From the IMG/VR virus record IMGVR_UViG_3300042013_000065: a stretch of 64,000 nt of DNA; one strand, written 5' to 3'. Made by a program: the position numbers and the translations under genes. This stretch comes from a virus. Below are positions 36,605 through 46,692 of this stretch, one piece after another. Under the pieces are notes generated by a model, which did no database searches, was not told the DNA's origin, and worked only from the letters and a program-made list of their open reading frames with translations. The first letter of the stretch is position 1, and each line of letters begins with the position of its first letter.

Positions 36605-37104
36605 TCAATTAACACTCCATCAGTTGCAAAGTTTACTTGTGTTTTCAGCGGTTGGCCGTCGGTGTTTGTCAAATCCCAACCAGACATTTGCGTCGGCCAG
36701 CATTCTTGCAAAGTGATTGTCAAAATCGGTGTGTCACGTGTCGTGCCGTCAGTCAAAGCGAATTTCATATCGCGTTTGTAGTGAGACGGCAAATAGTAAG
36801 TGCCTGTGTTCGGGTTACGAATTCGTTCCTGCCATGCCTGCGCCCATTTGCGGGAGCGAGCGCGAACGTCTTCGTAAAGCTGGACATCGAATGCACTTAC
36901 TTCAAGAAATCCGGGGTATTGCAAAAACTTGGCGCCAGCGAACAATGGTTTCATGTTCAGAGACGGGAAAGGAATATTCACCGTTTCTACGTAATCCAAA
37001 TCGCCGCCGAAAGGTAATTCTACGCAGTACCAATACATGTTCAGTAATGGGCTACGGTCGCCACTTCGACGTTTGTAAAATTCATCAAGGGTTAGAATGC
37101 CCAT
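36601..37104 (-). CDS. Tail-tube-fold protein
   Basis: Start at MGILTL (GAGGT RBS); tube-like ITLQECWPT...DL...VNFATD. Confidence 0.65.
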   Translation of the reverse strand: MGILTLDEFYKRRSGDRSPLLNMYWYCVELPFGGDLDYVETVNIPFPSLNMKPLFAGAKFLQYPGFLEVSAFDVQLYEDVRARSRKWAQAWQERIRNPNTGTYYLPSHYKRDMKFALTDGTTRDTPILTITLQECWPTQMSGWDLTNTDGQPLKTQVNFATDGVLIE

Positions 37105-37120
37105 GTATACCTCACAAGCG

Positions 37121-37155
37121 AAAAAAGCCCGATACAAAAAGATGCACCGGGCTTC
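37121..37155 (-). terminator. Intrinsic terminator after tail tube gene
   Basis: GAAGCCCG...CGGGCTTTTTT. Confidence 0.8.
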
Positions 37156-37170
37156 GTTCATTGGCTGCGA

Positions 37171-37680
37171 TTAACTGTTACGTTCAACGTAGCCGTAAGC
37201 GAATTGCGCATCGCAACGAAGGGCTTGACCACCGCTACCTTCAAACGCATATTCTGGCAGCTCAGTCGGGAACATCCGATGGATATTCCACGCCATTGCT
37301 GGATCGCCTTTTTGGTTGTAAATGGTGAGTACAGCAGTACGCATGTATTCAGCCGAGAAACCACCGGTTTGGGTTTGGGTTGCGCGACCGAGGGCCATCC
37401 AACCTTTGATTGCCACGTACGTACGACCGTCCCACACTTCGTGCAGGGCGACAGTCATTTGGTGGCTGAAAGTTTTACGCGCTGCGTAAATCAGTTTGTG
37501 GCCGAACAATTCGACTTCAACCGTTTGCAGAGTGGCACCCGGAAGTGCAGCACTCAAGGTTTGAATGCGAAGTTGACGACCGTTCCCGCCGCCCGGAATG
37601 TCAGTAAAAACGATATCGTAGTTATCGTTCAACATCGGATCGGGCAAGCTATACGTTTCGTTAAGCGTTACCTTTGGCAT
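37171..37680 (-). CDS. Major tail tube protein (gp19-like)
   Basis: Directly downstream of sheath; LPG...Y.ARKTF...T...WNIHRMFPT.L....F. Confidence 0.8.
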   Translation of the reverse strand: MPKVTLNETYSLPDPMLNDNYDIVFTDIPGGGNGRQLRIQTLSAALPGATLQTVEVELFGHKLIYAARKTFSHQMTVALHEVWDGRTYVAIKGWMALGRATQTQTGGFSAEYMRTAVLTIYNQKGDPAMAWNIHRMFPTELPEYAFEGSGGQALRCDAQFAYGYVERNS

Positions 37681-37693
37681 GTCAATGCTTCCC

Positions 37694-39298
37694 TTAAATG
37701 TTCGTGTCAGCAGTCACGTAATCGACAGCGGTACTCAGTTGCCCGGTGGCCGCTACGGTAGTCGTGAACAGAATTCGTTTCGCGTACCGCATCGGCTGAA
37801 TGATGTAGACAGCGGCAATATCACCGTTAGCAACTTGTGCAGGCGGGTTAGTGTCTTTGTCACATTTCACAGCGTAGAAATACAGGCCACGGGCGTTCAT
37901 GATCGGACGCAGAATCGCTTCGATCAAACCTTTCAACTGGCCCCACAAGAATTCATCGTTCGGATCGAACAGAATCACAAGCCCGTCATATTTCGCAGTC
38001 GTTTCAATCGTGTTGATCAGGCGACGTACCGGAATATCTTGCAGTGCGGACTTTTGTGCTTGCAGAGTTTGTGCACCCCAAACGCAGAAGCCGTAGCCGC
38101 TGAATTTGTGAATGAAGTTGATTTGGTTCTGGTCGAGAATGTTACGCTCGTTCTGCGAATACTTGTGGCGAATACCGTTGATGTTTTTGATCACACCACG
38201 GGTCACACCAGCAGGCGCCCACCATTCAGCTTCAGCGGCGTCGGACTGTGCGAACACAGCAGCGATTGCACCGGAGCATGGAACGTAAATTTCTTGGCCT
38301 TCGTCCGTCACTTCCAGAATGTCAGAGCAATAAATCGCACCGAAACTGGTGTTGGCGTTCAGGATGTTACGGCGGTAATCGACAGCACGTGCAACGGTTT
38401 GCATATCCGATGGAATGTCGAGAATTGCGAAACAGTCGCGACGTTCTTCGCACAATTGCAGCATGCGGTTTTGAACGCCCGTGTCGGTGTAACCTGCGTT
38501 GATCAGAATGCGGATTTCGAAATCGTCTTCGTTGGAAAACTCTTCCCACGCGTTCATGATGTCGCCGTTGTTTGCTTTGCGACCGTTATCACCGTAGCTC
38601 AGGTCTTGCGTTACGATGGCGTTAACCAAACGCAGCTTACCTTCGTTCGCAATCCATTGTGGATTGTCTACGTTGATTTTCGCACGGATGCGCGTGCTTT
38701 CATTTTCCAAAACGTATTCGACGTTCAATTGCTTGTTGACGCCGTTTACTTTGTCGCGCAGAACAACACGGTGTGTTTCAACCGGGGCATTCATGTTGGT
38801 TTCGAACACTTGCAAAATGAACAATTCGTTTTCGATATCGTTCGTGTCCGGGTAAAGCAGAACGCGCAGATTGTTGTTCCACGAACCGGGGTTGGCCCCG
38901 TAGATCAGCAGAATTTCGTCTGGCAATTGGTTGTGTTCGGTGACTGGATCGAGGTAGCCATTTGTAGCAGCTTTCCCGGTAGCGAAACCGTTCACGGTGC
39001 GGATACTGCACGAACCGTAATTCGCCTCGGTATCAACACGAATGAACCACATTGTTTGTGCAATTTCGAGGAAACGTTCTGCACAGAAGTGGGCATAGGT
39101 AAGGGTAGCGTCACGACGGCCAAAAAGGCTGCGCCATTCTTCTTTGCTTGTTAAGCGAACAGGAATGCCGACTTGACCGCGATTTGCTTCGCCTACCATT
39201 GCGCCCGTGCTTGGGTAACGTTGCGTTGGAGAAAAAGAATTGTCTTCCTCTCCGCCGTACATACCCGGAGCAGTATTACTGCCGTTGTAAAGGGGCAT
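37694..39298 (-). CDS. Tail sheath protein 1
   Basis: WWAPAGVTRG, NQINFI, WGAQTL, IPVRRL, FDPND sheath C-terminal motifs. Confidence 0.92.
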   Translation of the reverse strand: MPLYNGSNTAPGMYGGEEDNSFSPTQRYPSTGAMVGEANRGQVGIPVRLTSKEEWRSLFGRRDATLTYAHFCAERFLEIAQTMWFIRVDTEANYGSCSIRTVNGFATGKAATNGYLDPVTEHNQLPDEILLIYGANPGSWNNNLRVLLYPDTNDIENELFILQVFETNMNAPVETHRVVLRDKVNGVNKQLNVEYVLENESTRIRAKINVDNPQWIANEGKLRLVNAIVTQDLSYGDNGRKANNGDIMNAWEEFSNEDDFEIRILINAGYTDTGVQNRMLQLCEERRDCFAILDIPSDMQTVARAVDYRRNILNANTSFGAIYCSDILEVTDEGQEIYVPCSGAIAAVFAQSDAAEAEWWAPAGVTRGVIKNINGIRHKYSQNERNILDQNQINFIHKFSGYGFCVWGAQTLQAQKSALQDIPVRRLINTIETTAKYDGLVILFDPNDEFLWGQLKGLIEAILRPIMNARGLYFYAVKCDKDTNPPAQVANGDIAAVYIIQPMRYAKRILFTTTVAATGQLSTAVDYVTADTNI

Positions 39299-39336
39299 AG
39301 CAGCTCTCCGTATATCTCCCTTTGTGGGATTACTTA

Positions 39337-39344
39337 TAAATTAC
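39337..39344 (-). promoter_or_regulatory. Candidate late-promoter motif GTAATTTA
   Basis: About 40 nt upstream of sheath 1; overlaps upstream stop. Confidence 0.45.
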
Positions 39345-40687
39345 GCTTTTATGATTGTGCAACGAACCAAATCCGGCGCACTCAATTTAATTGTCCCTGC
39401 AAAGGAACCATTCAGCGTGAACAATCCGTTAATGTTGAACACAACGGGATTAGAAACAGGCGCGCTAGGCACGACTTCTTTGCATTCTTCGGTTTGCGAC
39501 ATGATCAACGAAACGTTCTTTTGCACGGTCAAACCTTGTGCAGTTTCGTACGACATAACGAGCAATTGACCCGGCAAACCGAAGTACGTAAGCGAATCCA
39601 ATTCCAAAGAGAATTGACCGCTATTCGGATACGCTTCAATCATGCCCATTTCGGAAACGTTCGAAGTATTACCGTTCGTGATTTTTACACGTGCTGTCGC
39701 AGGCAGATTGTCGTCCTGCACTTTGATCAGAAACCGTTGCTTTACGTCGGCAACAGAAGCAACATCAATCGTTGCAACAACCGGCGCATTTGCAATGTGA
39801 ATATTTCGACTAATGATTTGATCTTGACCAAAGCTGTCTTTGCCCAGCGTGGTAATCATCAGTGTGTCGTTGTCCTGCACATCCATTACCAGCGGCCCGT
39901 CTTCGTAGGCCATCAGAATTGGTTGATAAGTTCCGATATGTTGCTCAATGGAATAGAGCGTGCGCAAGTTCTGCACTTTCACACGGGAACCAACAGGATT
40001 CAAAACACGAATTGCCAACAGGGCATTGAATGGAATCGTTTCGGGGCATTCCAGAACGGTCGGTTTGAAATCCAATGTGACAACAACTTCTTGAACCACT
40101 TCGCGACTTTTGCCATTCGCTGCAAATGCTTCGTTGTATGTGATGCGCAGTGTATCCGATTCGCGCACGTACAGAACGCCGTCGAAGTTGGTGCCGGTTG
40201 CATCGTTGTTTTGCGTCTGGAAAAACCCTGCGTAAATGCCTTCGCTTTCTTTGCGAATCTCAAAGTATTCCGTTTCGCCTGTGCGCATGTTCACGACTTC
40301 GCATTCAAGCGGTGCCTCTGTGAACATATCCAAATCTTCGACAAAGACTTGCACAAAACGGCCTGCATCTGCGCGGCCTACAGTCAGTACAGCGTCGAAA
40401 AAGATTTGTTCGGTTGTGCTTTCCTCTTCGGGAATTGTGCCGAAGCCTACGAATTCTGCAACGATTGGATGCGGTGCAAAAATAGAAACGATATTGTGAA
40501 CGTCTTTCAACGTGTAGGTTTTATCAGGGCCTACAATCACTTCAGTTTGCGACAGAATATCGCGGCTGATTTTCGTTGCTACGGTGTGATGCGATTGGCC
40601 CACACGGCGCACGGTATCAACAATTGCATGCTTGATTTCAGTGACGACTGTTTTAGCCAGCGGCTTATAAACGGGTTTATTTTTCAT
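39341..40687 (-). CDS. Probable virion protein with Ig-like domains
   Basis: V.D.D...V.N..TGE.E...GIY.G...DGVL.V...D.L.ITY pattern typical of extracellular Ig-like folds. Confidence 0.6.
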   Translation of the reverse strand: MKNKPVYKPLAKTVVTEIKHAIVDTVRRVGQSHHTVATKISRDILSQTEVIVGPDKTYTLKDVHNIVSIFAPHPIVAEFVGFGTIPEEESTTEQIFFDAVLTVGRADAGRFVQVFVEDLDMFTEAPLECEVVNMRTGETEYFEIRKESEGIYAGFFQTQNNDATGTNFDGVLYVRESDTLRITYNEAFAANGKSREVVQEVVVTLDFKPTVLECPETIPFNALLAIRVLNPVGSRVKVQNLRTLYSIEQHIGTYQPILMAYEDGPLVMDVQDNDTLMITTLGKDSFGQDQIISRNIHIANAPVVATIDVASVADVKQRFLIKVQDDNLPATARVKITNGNTSNVSEMGMIEAYPNSGQFSLELDSLTYFGLPGQLLVMSYETAQGLTVQKNVSLIMSQTEECKEVVPSAPVSNPVVFNINGLFTLNGSFAGTIKLSAPDLVRCTIIKA

Positions 40688-41411
40688 GAACGTCTGCCGT
40701 TTTGATATGAGAAGTTTCCGTGTCGATTATTTGAAGTGTGTCCGCGTCAGTAGCGATGCTAACGTTCAATTCCACTTCGCCATTGTTATTCACTTTCGCT
40801 GTTTCACGACTAACACCAGTCCACGTATCAATACTGAAGTTACAAACAATATCGAACGATTCAGGGTCAACTTCGTTTTCTTTATCAGCACGCGGCAGTT
40901 GCAGATCCTTCGATTCCGGTGTGATAGTTACAAAGCCTTCAACGTCTCCCGTTCTCAATGTGAAAGTCAGCACCTTCGTTTGACTGAGGATCAGCGCTTC
41001 AGACATGAACTGAATTGCTTTCAAGAAATCATCAGTGATGAAATGCAGTTCAACCTTCAAAGTGATCGGGAAAAAGTAGTGCTTTGTTAACGTGGAGTTT
41101 GCTTGATGCACTGTGTGCCCGCCACCGTGACGGCGAATACGTGCAACGTCCACATTGTTCTCCGAAATCCCCATGCTTGTGATACTCACGTAAGCATACG
41201 GGAAGCTCGGTTCAAACTTCCCTCGCTGAAGCACTTTTACGTCGTTTGAGTGCACGAATGGCAGTTCGCTAAGCTTGAAAAATCGCTTAAATACTTTGCG
41301 GATGCCAGCGAAAGAAGCAAATAAATGGGTTTGTTTGAATTCAGTTGTGCCTAACAAATCTTTCCGGCGCAGAGCTGAAAGTATCGAGGGATTTTCCTGT
41401 TCTTCTGACAT
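40677..41411 (-). CDS. Probable tail terminator / neck protein
   Basis: Position between capsid and sheath; FPYAYVSIT...PITLKVELHF. Confidence 0.45.
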   Translation of the reverse strand: MSEEQENPSILSALRRKDLLGTTEFKQTHLFASFAGIRKVFKRFFKLSELPFVHSNDVKVLQRGKFEPSFPYAYVSITSMGISENNVDVARIRRHGGGHTVHQANSTLTKHYFFPITLKVELHFITDDFLKAIQFMSEALILSQTKVLTFTLRTGDVEGFVTITPESKDLQLPRADKENEVDPESFDIVCNFSIDTWTGVSRETAKVNNNGEVELNVSIATDADTLQIIDTETSHIKTADVHEK

Positions 41412-41430
41412 TTTTTGCCCCAGAAAGACA

Positions 41431-41464
41431 AAAAGGCCGATACGAATAATCGCGTCGGCCTTTT
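41431..41464 (-). terminator. Intrinsic terminator
   Basis: AAAAGGCCGA...TCGGCCTTTT. Confidence 0.8.
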
Positions 41465-41467
41465 GGT

Positions 41468-42004
41468 TTAAATCTTGATCGTGAGTCGGCCCGGTTTCAG
41501 CGTTGCGGGTTTCTCGTTTGCACTTGCGGTTGCCAGCGTAGGCACAAGCGCATGATCGTCGTAAAGCTCCAAAACATCAGAAGCAGTTGCAGCGTACTGC
41601 GGGTCAACGATAATGTCTTCACCGTCGTACAAATATTTCGACTGCGCGTAAACGGCAGAAGCGACGGCAATTACTTGTCCAAGTGCAACAGCGTCATCAC
41701 CGTGAAGCGATGGGTTCCACGTATTTTCACTTGCGGGCATGTCGCCTTGAGGGGTTGGCATTATTTCGCCTTTATCAGCAACGAAACTATCCAAACCATC
41801 TAAGCCACCTTCATTGCCCGTTGCTTCATTACACGCGGGTGCTGTGAGGATCGGCGAAGCTGGAAACACAGGCTGCACACTTCGATTAAAACCGTCGTTA
41901 AAACTTGCATCTTCGCACGCTTGTTCAAGAATGCTACATGCCAAATCTTTACGACCGTTTTTGCAACACATCGCTGCCATGTAAAGCAGAGCCTGAATAT
42001 CCAT
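41468..42004 (-). CDS. Probable head-associated protein
   Basis: Follows capsid gene; three A-x-A-S motifs. Confidence 0.7.
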   Translation of the reverse strand: MDIQALLYMAAMCCKNGRKDLACSILEQACEDASFNDGFNRSVQPVFPASPILTAPACNEATGNEGGLDGLDSFVADKGEIMPTPQGDMPASENTWNPSLHGDDAVALGQVIAVASAVYAQSKYLYDGEDIIVDPQYAATASDVLELYDDHALVPTLATASANEKPATLKPGRLTIKI

Positions 42005-42028
42005 CTTTATTCTCCAAAGTGTTTCTAA

Positions 42029-42060
42029 CGTGGTAATCAGGGGCGCTCCTAATTACCACG
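42029..42060 (-). other. 13-bp RNA hairpin after major capsid gene
   Basis: CGTGGTAATTAGG-AGCGCC-CCTGATTACCACG; a G.U pair that works only on the minus-strand RNA. Confidence 0.7.
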
Positions 42061-42073
42061 CCGGAGAGTAAAG

Positions 42074-43156
42074 TTAGATCAGACGCTGACCTTTAGCAAC
42101 CGAACGGTTGTTGGTCAGGATGAACGAGAACATTTCGCTCAGCAACCAACCTTTCGAAGTGGTGCCTTCGAAGGCGCCGTCTACTGGAGTGGAGGTGATG
42201 CCGCCACGGGTCGAATATGCAGCGTGGTTTTGTGCGTCGGAAACAACGTAGATTTCGCCTTTGTTCAGAACCTTCTGATTTGGCTGACGGAATGCGTCAG
42301 TGATCAGGTTCAGACCAACCAGCGTACCGAGTTGGCCGTTCAGGGCCAGATCGTATTTGGTGATTGGATCGAGGAAGGTTGCGAAATCGTTCGAACCGAT
42401 GATGTCCGACCAGTAATCGTTCGCGATAATCGCGGTCGAAGCTGGCAGGTTCCATTGGGCTACGGCTTGACGCAGTTTGCCGAGGTTTTTGGTGGTCAGT
42501 TCACCGGCGATGTATTCCAGTGGGTTAACAACACCCACGGTCATATCGGCAGCTTTTTTCCACAGTTTGTCTTCGGCAACCATGATGCTTTGCAGACCAT
42601 CGTTGTAAGCGTGTTCCAGCAGATCGCCGTTCACTTGTTGCATGTCGAGTTGCGAAACGCGCACGTTGGCGATGATTTCGAATTCTTCAGGCTGGAAAAC
42701 TTTCTGGCGAATGTGCTGATAACCAACACCAGCGTTAGCGGTGGCGATTACAGCGAAGGTATCGTGCGGAGGCATTGGAACGCGCTGCACTTCACCTTGA
42801 CGCAGAGTGTTACCTACGGAAATTTTACGCAGGAAACCGTCGCGGTCTGCTTGTTCGTAAATTTGTTGAGCGATGTTCGCGCCCAACGCTTTCCAGTTTG
42901 CTTCGGAAGCCAGTGCGTCAGCGAGAATTTCGCGATGGTTCGCAACAGCGATTTCGTCTTTTTGTTGAACGATTTCGCCGGAAGCGAAAGCGGCCATCAG
43001 GTTGCCGATTTGGCGGGCAAGGTCTTTCTTGTCGCTGGCGTTGAACTCGCCGGTCGAAGCCGACAGAGCCATTTCGCGGCCCTTACCGAAGCGCAGGTCT
43101 TCGAGTGGGGCGCCGTTCTTCAGTACCATACGAGCGCTTTTGAATGCAGTAGTCAT
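42074..43156 (-). CDS. Major capsid protein (HK97-fold, jumbo myovirus type)
   Basis: 360 aa, strong codon bias, downstream of scaffold/protease; G.LGTLVGLNLITDAFR A-domain-like motif. Confidence 0.8.
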   Translation of the reverse strand: MTTAFKSARMVLKNGAPLEDLRFGKGREMALSASTGEFNASDKKDLARQIGNLMAAFASGEIVQQKDEIAVANHREILADALASEANWKALGANIAQQIYEQADRDGFLRKISVGNTLRQGEVQRVPMPPHDTFAVIATANAGVGYQHIRQKVFQPEEFEIIANVRVSQLDMQQVNGDLLEHAYNDGLQSIMVAEDKLWKKAADMTVGVVNPLEYIAGELTTKNLGKLRQAVAQWNLPASTAIIANDYWSDIIGSNDFATFLDPITKYDLALNGQLGTLVGLNLITDAFRQPNQKVLNKGEIYVVSDAQNHAAYSTRGGITSTPVDGAFEGTTSKGWLLSEMFSFILTNNRSVAKGQRLI

Positions 43157-43199
43157 GCTGGTGTTACTCCAAAAAGAAAAGAATTTTTTGTATCGCGAA

Positions 43200-43937
43200 T
43201 TAAGCCGCGATTACTTTGACTGGCAGAGCGCCGTAGGAAGCTGCGTCACCCACAGGGCCACCCATTACGATGCACTGAGTAAGCAGGGTGCCGCTGCCAT
43301 CGGTGGTCAGTTTGCCGTCAACGCCCAAACGAGGGTGAGTAACACCAGACCAATCTTTCGAAGCGTCGTAGTAGGTAGTACCTACTTGTTCGGTGCGAGC
43401 AGTAACGCCGATGCGTTCCTGATAGGTCGAAGGCAGGCCGCCGATTGGAGCGTCACCGATAATGGTGCGAGCTTCCATTACGCTTGGTTCGTAAACGAAT
43501 TGAACGTAAAGTTCGTGACCTTGATCGCCCGGTACTGCCGGGGTAGCGCCATCGGCTGGAGTGCCGGTGAAGAAAAACAGTTTTTGACCAACCAGTTGAA
43601 CCGAACCAGCAGCCGGAGCGTTGGCGGAAATGGTTTGTACATCGCCCGCGATTTTCACGAGGATTTGACCATTCAGTGGAACACGGGCCAGATCAACAAC
43701 GCCGCTTTCTGGAACAACAACGTCAGTGATAACGCGTGGCAGATAACGTGGTGGGCTGTTACGCGACAGGGAGAAACCTGCGAACACTTCACCGGCTGCG
43801 CCAGTCGAAGGTTTTACGTAGGTTTTGTTGCCGACGTGCGAGTAAACCAGTGCGATACCTTCTTCTTCGATGATAACGCCCGGCTCAACGTCGCGGTGTT
43901 CGGTGTTGTGAAAACGAGTGTATTTTTGTACGAGCAT
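43200..43937 (-). CDS. Probable capsid decoration/cement protein
   Basis: Start MLVQKY (GGAG RBS); directly upstream of capsid gene; GEVFAGFS motif. Confidence 0.6.
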   Translation of the reverse strand: MLVQKYTRFHNTEHRDVEPGVIIEEEGIALVYSHVGNKTYVKPSTGAAGEVFAGFSLSRNSPPRYLPRVITDVVVPESGVVDLARVPLNGQILVKIAGDVQTISANAPAAGSVQLVGQKLFFFTGTPADGATPAVPGDQGHELYVQFVYEPSVMEARTIIGDAPIGGLPSTYQERIGVTARTEQVGTTYYDASKDWSGVTHPRLGVDGKLTTDGSGTLLTQCIVMGGPVGDAASYGALPVKVIAA

Positions 43938-43950
43938 GGTATTTCTCCGA

Positions 43951-45837
43951 TTAGAAACGCAGGGTCGCCAGTTTGGCGGCAAAGTCAGTAGGGACAGAAG
44001 CTGCGGTAGCAATTTCCTGTTCCGGTTTTACGTGTGGTTTAACTGGCTGGCTAACCGGACGGCCAATGCTCATGGACGCAGCAGTTGCTACGCTCACTTC
44101 TTGTACGTCGTTGATGGCTGTTGCCAATTGATTTTGCACGGTCAGATCAAACTTCATGATTTCACAAGCTTTCGCGAGGATTTGCTTGTGATGATCGTCG
44201 GCGTGATCAGCGAACGCACGTTGCAGCAGTTCGTCGCCACCTTCAAAACCGAGGGATTCGAGGGTAGAAGCGAGAGCCAAACGAACAGGGTTTTTCAGGT
44301 CAGGGAAGAAACCACGATTGATGCCCTGTGCGGCGGTTGCGATTGCAGCTTCGAAACGTTGTGCGAGTTCTTCGGTATCGCGAGTTGCAGCTTGTGCAAT
44401 TTCGGCGGTAGCTTCTTGAACGCGGGTTTCGATTTGTGCAGCAACCAATTGATCAACGTTGACGACTGGACGAATTTCTTCGAACTTCATCTGTTCCATT
44501 GCAGCCTGCACACCTTGTTCAGATGCGAGTGCTTTGAAAGCGCGACCAAAAGAAGCATCAGCAAATTGCGTTGGGTTTTCTGCATTCGATGCAGTAGCTT
44601 TTGCAAACGGCACGCCGTCGTGGAAAGCCAACCAAGTGCTGTCGCCTTGAACGGAACCAACGTAAGCAACTTCAACGCTGGTGTCAGTCATTGCGTTTGC
44701 AGCGGATGCAATTGCAACGAGCGATGCAGTCAGCGGAACAGTTTCAACAGGAGTTTGAACGGTTGGTTCAACCACTGGTGCTACGGCTGGCGCTGCTGGA
44801 GTAGAAGATGCGGTAGCCACTTCTTTTTTCTCCTTGGATTTGCGACGGACGCCGCCTTTTTTGGTTTTGGATTTCGCGGGCTTTTCAGACGCGAGGCTCA
44901 ACGACAAATCTTCGTCGTCTTCTTCCTCTTCTTCTTCGTCTTCGTCGTCCTCGTCTTCATCCTCGTCGTCTTCTTCCTCTTCCTCGTCGTCGTCTTCTTC
45001 GTCGTCTTCGGATTCTTCGTCGTCCTCTTCTTCCTCTTCTTCGTCTTCGAAATCAGAGGCAGCAACAGCACGTTCTTGTTCGGTCATTGCTTCGATTGGA
45101 TCGACCAAACCGGACGAAGTAGCAGGGCAGAAAATTGGCGATTCGTCAGAGCAAATCAGGTGCAATTGTTCATCGGTGCCTTCGGTGGCAGCGGTGGTCA
45201 GGTAATGAGCCTGAATTTTGCCTTCAGCATTTGCAGCTACGGCCAATTGCGGTACGTAACCATCGACAGCAACGGCAGGAGTGCCTTTGTAAATGTCGTA
45301 GGTCAGCGGCTGGTTAGAAATAACCTTTACGCCGTCGCATTCAGCGGTGAAAGTTTCGCAATCACCAGAAGCGAGCGCTTTGTAAGCCACGGCGGCTTCT
45401 TTGCGCGAACTTGCAACGGCAAGCAGAATTTCTTTGACTGGTTGTGCAGGTGTGTTTTTCAATTCAGCGTCTTCCATTGGGGGTAGTGCGGAAGCGCAGG
45501 ACGGGCATTGCATCAGAATTTCTTCTTGATCGGCAATGACGTGAGAACCGCAACCACTTGCACAAACTTTGTAGAAAACATCCATATCCGAACCAGCGGA
45601 TGCGGTTGCGACCATATCGTGTTTTTCGTCTTCTGGTACAACAACCATTTCTTCGCCGTTCAGCGGATTCATGATTTGAATGCCTACCGTGTCCGAAGTT
45701 GCAAAGGCGTATTGACCGTCTTTACTTTCGAGCGTTTGGTAGTTACCAGATGCAACGGCACGGAAATGATCCAAAGCCTGTTCTTGGGTGTCGGCTGCCA
45801 CGACGATTCCGCGCAACTGCGAGTTTCGTTTCGACAT
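43951..45837 (-). CDS. Probable prohead core/scaffold protein
   Basis: 628 aa, Cys clusters, 47-residue acidic tract, coiled C-terminus, many A-x-A-S motifs; GGGAG RBS. Confidence 0.65.
   Translation of the reverse strand: MSKRNSQLRGIVVAADTQEQALDHFRAVASGNYQTLESKDGQYAFATSDTVGIQIMNPLNGEEMVVVPEDEKHDMVATASAGSDMDVFYKVCASGCGSHVIADQEEILMQCPSCASALPPMEDAELKNTPAQPVKEILLAVASSRKEAAVAYKALASGDCETFTAECDGVKVISNQPLTYDIYKGTPAVAVDGYVPQLAVAANAEGKIQAHYLTTAATEGTDEQLHLICSDESPIFCPATSSGLVDPIEAMTEQERAVAASDFEDEEEEEEDDEESEDDEEDDDEEEEEDDEDEDEDDEDEEEEEEDDEDLSLSLASEKPAKSKTKKGGVRRKSKEKKEVATASSTPAAPAVAPVVEPTVQTPVETVPLTASLVAIASAANAMTDTSVEVAYVGSVQGDSTWLAFHDGVPFAKATASNAENPTQFADASFGRAFKALASEQGVQAAMEQMKFEEIRPVVNVDQLVAAQIETRVQEATAEIAQAATRDTEELAQRFEAAIATAAQGINRGFFPDLKNPVRLALASTLESLGFEGGDELLQRAFADHADDHHKQILAKACEIMKFDLTVQNQLATAINDVQEVSVATAASMSIGRPVSQPVKPHVKPEQEIATAASVPTDFAAKLATLRF
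44908..45048 (-). repeat. GAA/GAC-rich low-complexity tract encoding 46 Asp/Glu in 47 residues
   Basis: Direct reading of sequence. Confidence 0.9.
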
Positions 45838-45902
45838 GGTTAAGCTCCCATTAAAGGTATGAGATTGTCTCTCACATTAAAAAATTACAAAGAACAAAAA
45901 CA

Positions 45903-46265
45903 TTACAACAACATTTGAGCCATTCCACGAACCTTTCGGCACGCTGATTGAATGGATGAATGCGCGGTATCGCCTTCGTAATCTGTCGTTTCACCATTAA
46001 TGACGGTTTCGCCGGTGTAATGCCATGCGCGTTCACCTAAAACGAGTTCTAACCACCCCGTTCCCATGTCGCCGGTTAACTGTACACGTGCACTATGGTG
46101 CGGCTTTGAATTGCCTACGGAATCATAATGAACTTCCCATTTGATTTTCCCTTGCCGAAGCTCTGGAATGTCTACCAAATGGTGGCGCAAACTCTTCAAA
46201 TCGAATGTTTGCGGCAAATGCAATTCCGTTAATGGTGATGCTGCTAAAGCGATGAACACTTTCAT
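45903..46265 (-). CDS. Probable head protein
   Basis: Start moved to MKVFIALAAS (AAGGAG RBS; annotated longer start crosses a terminator). Confidence 0.75.
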   Translation of the reverse strand: MKVFIALAASPLTELHLPQTFDLKSLRHHLVDIPELRQGKIKWEVHYDSVGNSKPHHSARVQLTGDMGTGWLELVLGERAWHYTGETVINGETTDYEGDTAHSSIQSACRKVRGMAQMLL

Positions 46266-46317
46266 AGCAAACTCCTTAACGCTATAGGTATAAATTAGTC
46301 CAAACAGAATTTTGGAC

Positions 46318-46355
46318 AAAAAAAAGCCCACGCGGGCGGGGGCACCGAGTGGGCT
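46318..46355 (-). terminator. Intrinsic terminator
   Basis: AGCCCAC...GTGGGCT then T7. Confidence 0.8.
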
Positions 46356-46404
46356 AAAGGTAAACACACAGAGGTTAAGCAGTTATTCACTACTTACCAA
46401 TAAA

Positions 46405-46683
46405 TTACGGTTGCAGAATGAATTCAAATGTAGCGAGTTTAAAGCCGAAACGCGGCGTTGTGTAATAGCTCAATGGTACGCTGGATTCCATTAAACGATT
46501 AAACGTTTCAATATCTTCCTTTGAACCATCACCAATGCTGACCTTAACGCTTTTACTGAAACGTTTAGACGCTTCAATTGTCATACGTAGCTTTTCGCGT
46601 GGGTTAGACATCGTTATTTGTCTGTGCCAGTCAGCGGTCATTCCTTTGACTGACGCAGTTACTTTAAAACGCCGCGTTTCCAT
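46405..46683 (-). CDS. Hypothetical protein
   Basis: 92 aa, AAGGA RBS. Confidence 0.75.
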   Translation of the reverse strand: METRRFKVTASVKGMTADWHRQITMSNPREKLRMTIEASKRFSKSVKVSIGDGSKEDIETFNRLMESSVPLSYYTTPRFGFKLATFEFILQP

Positions 46684-46692
46684 GCTATTTCC

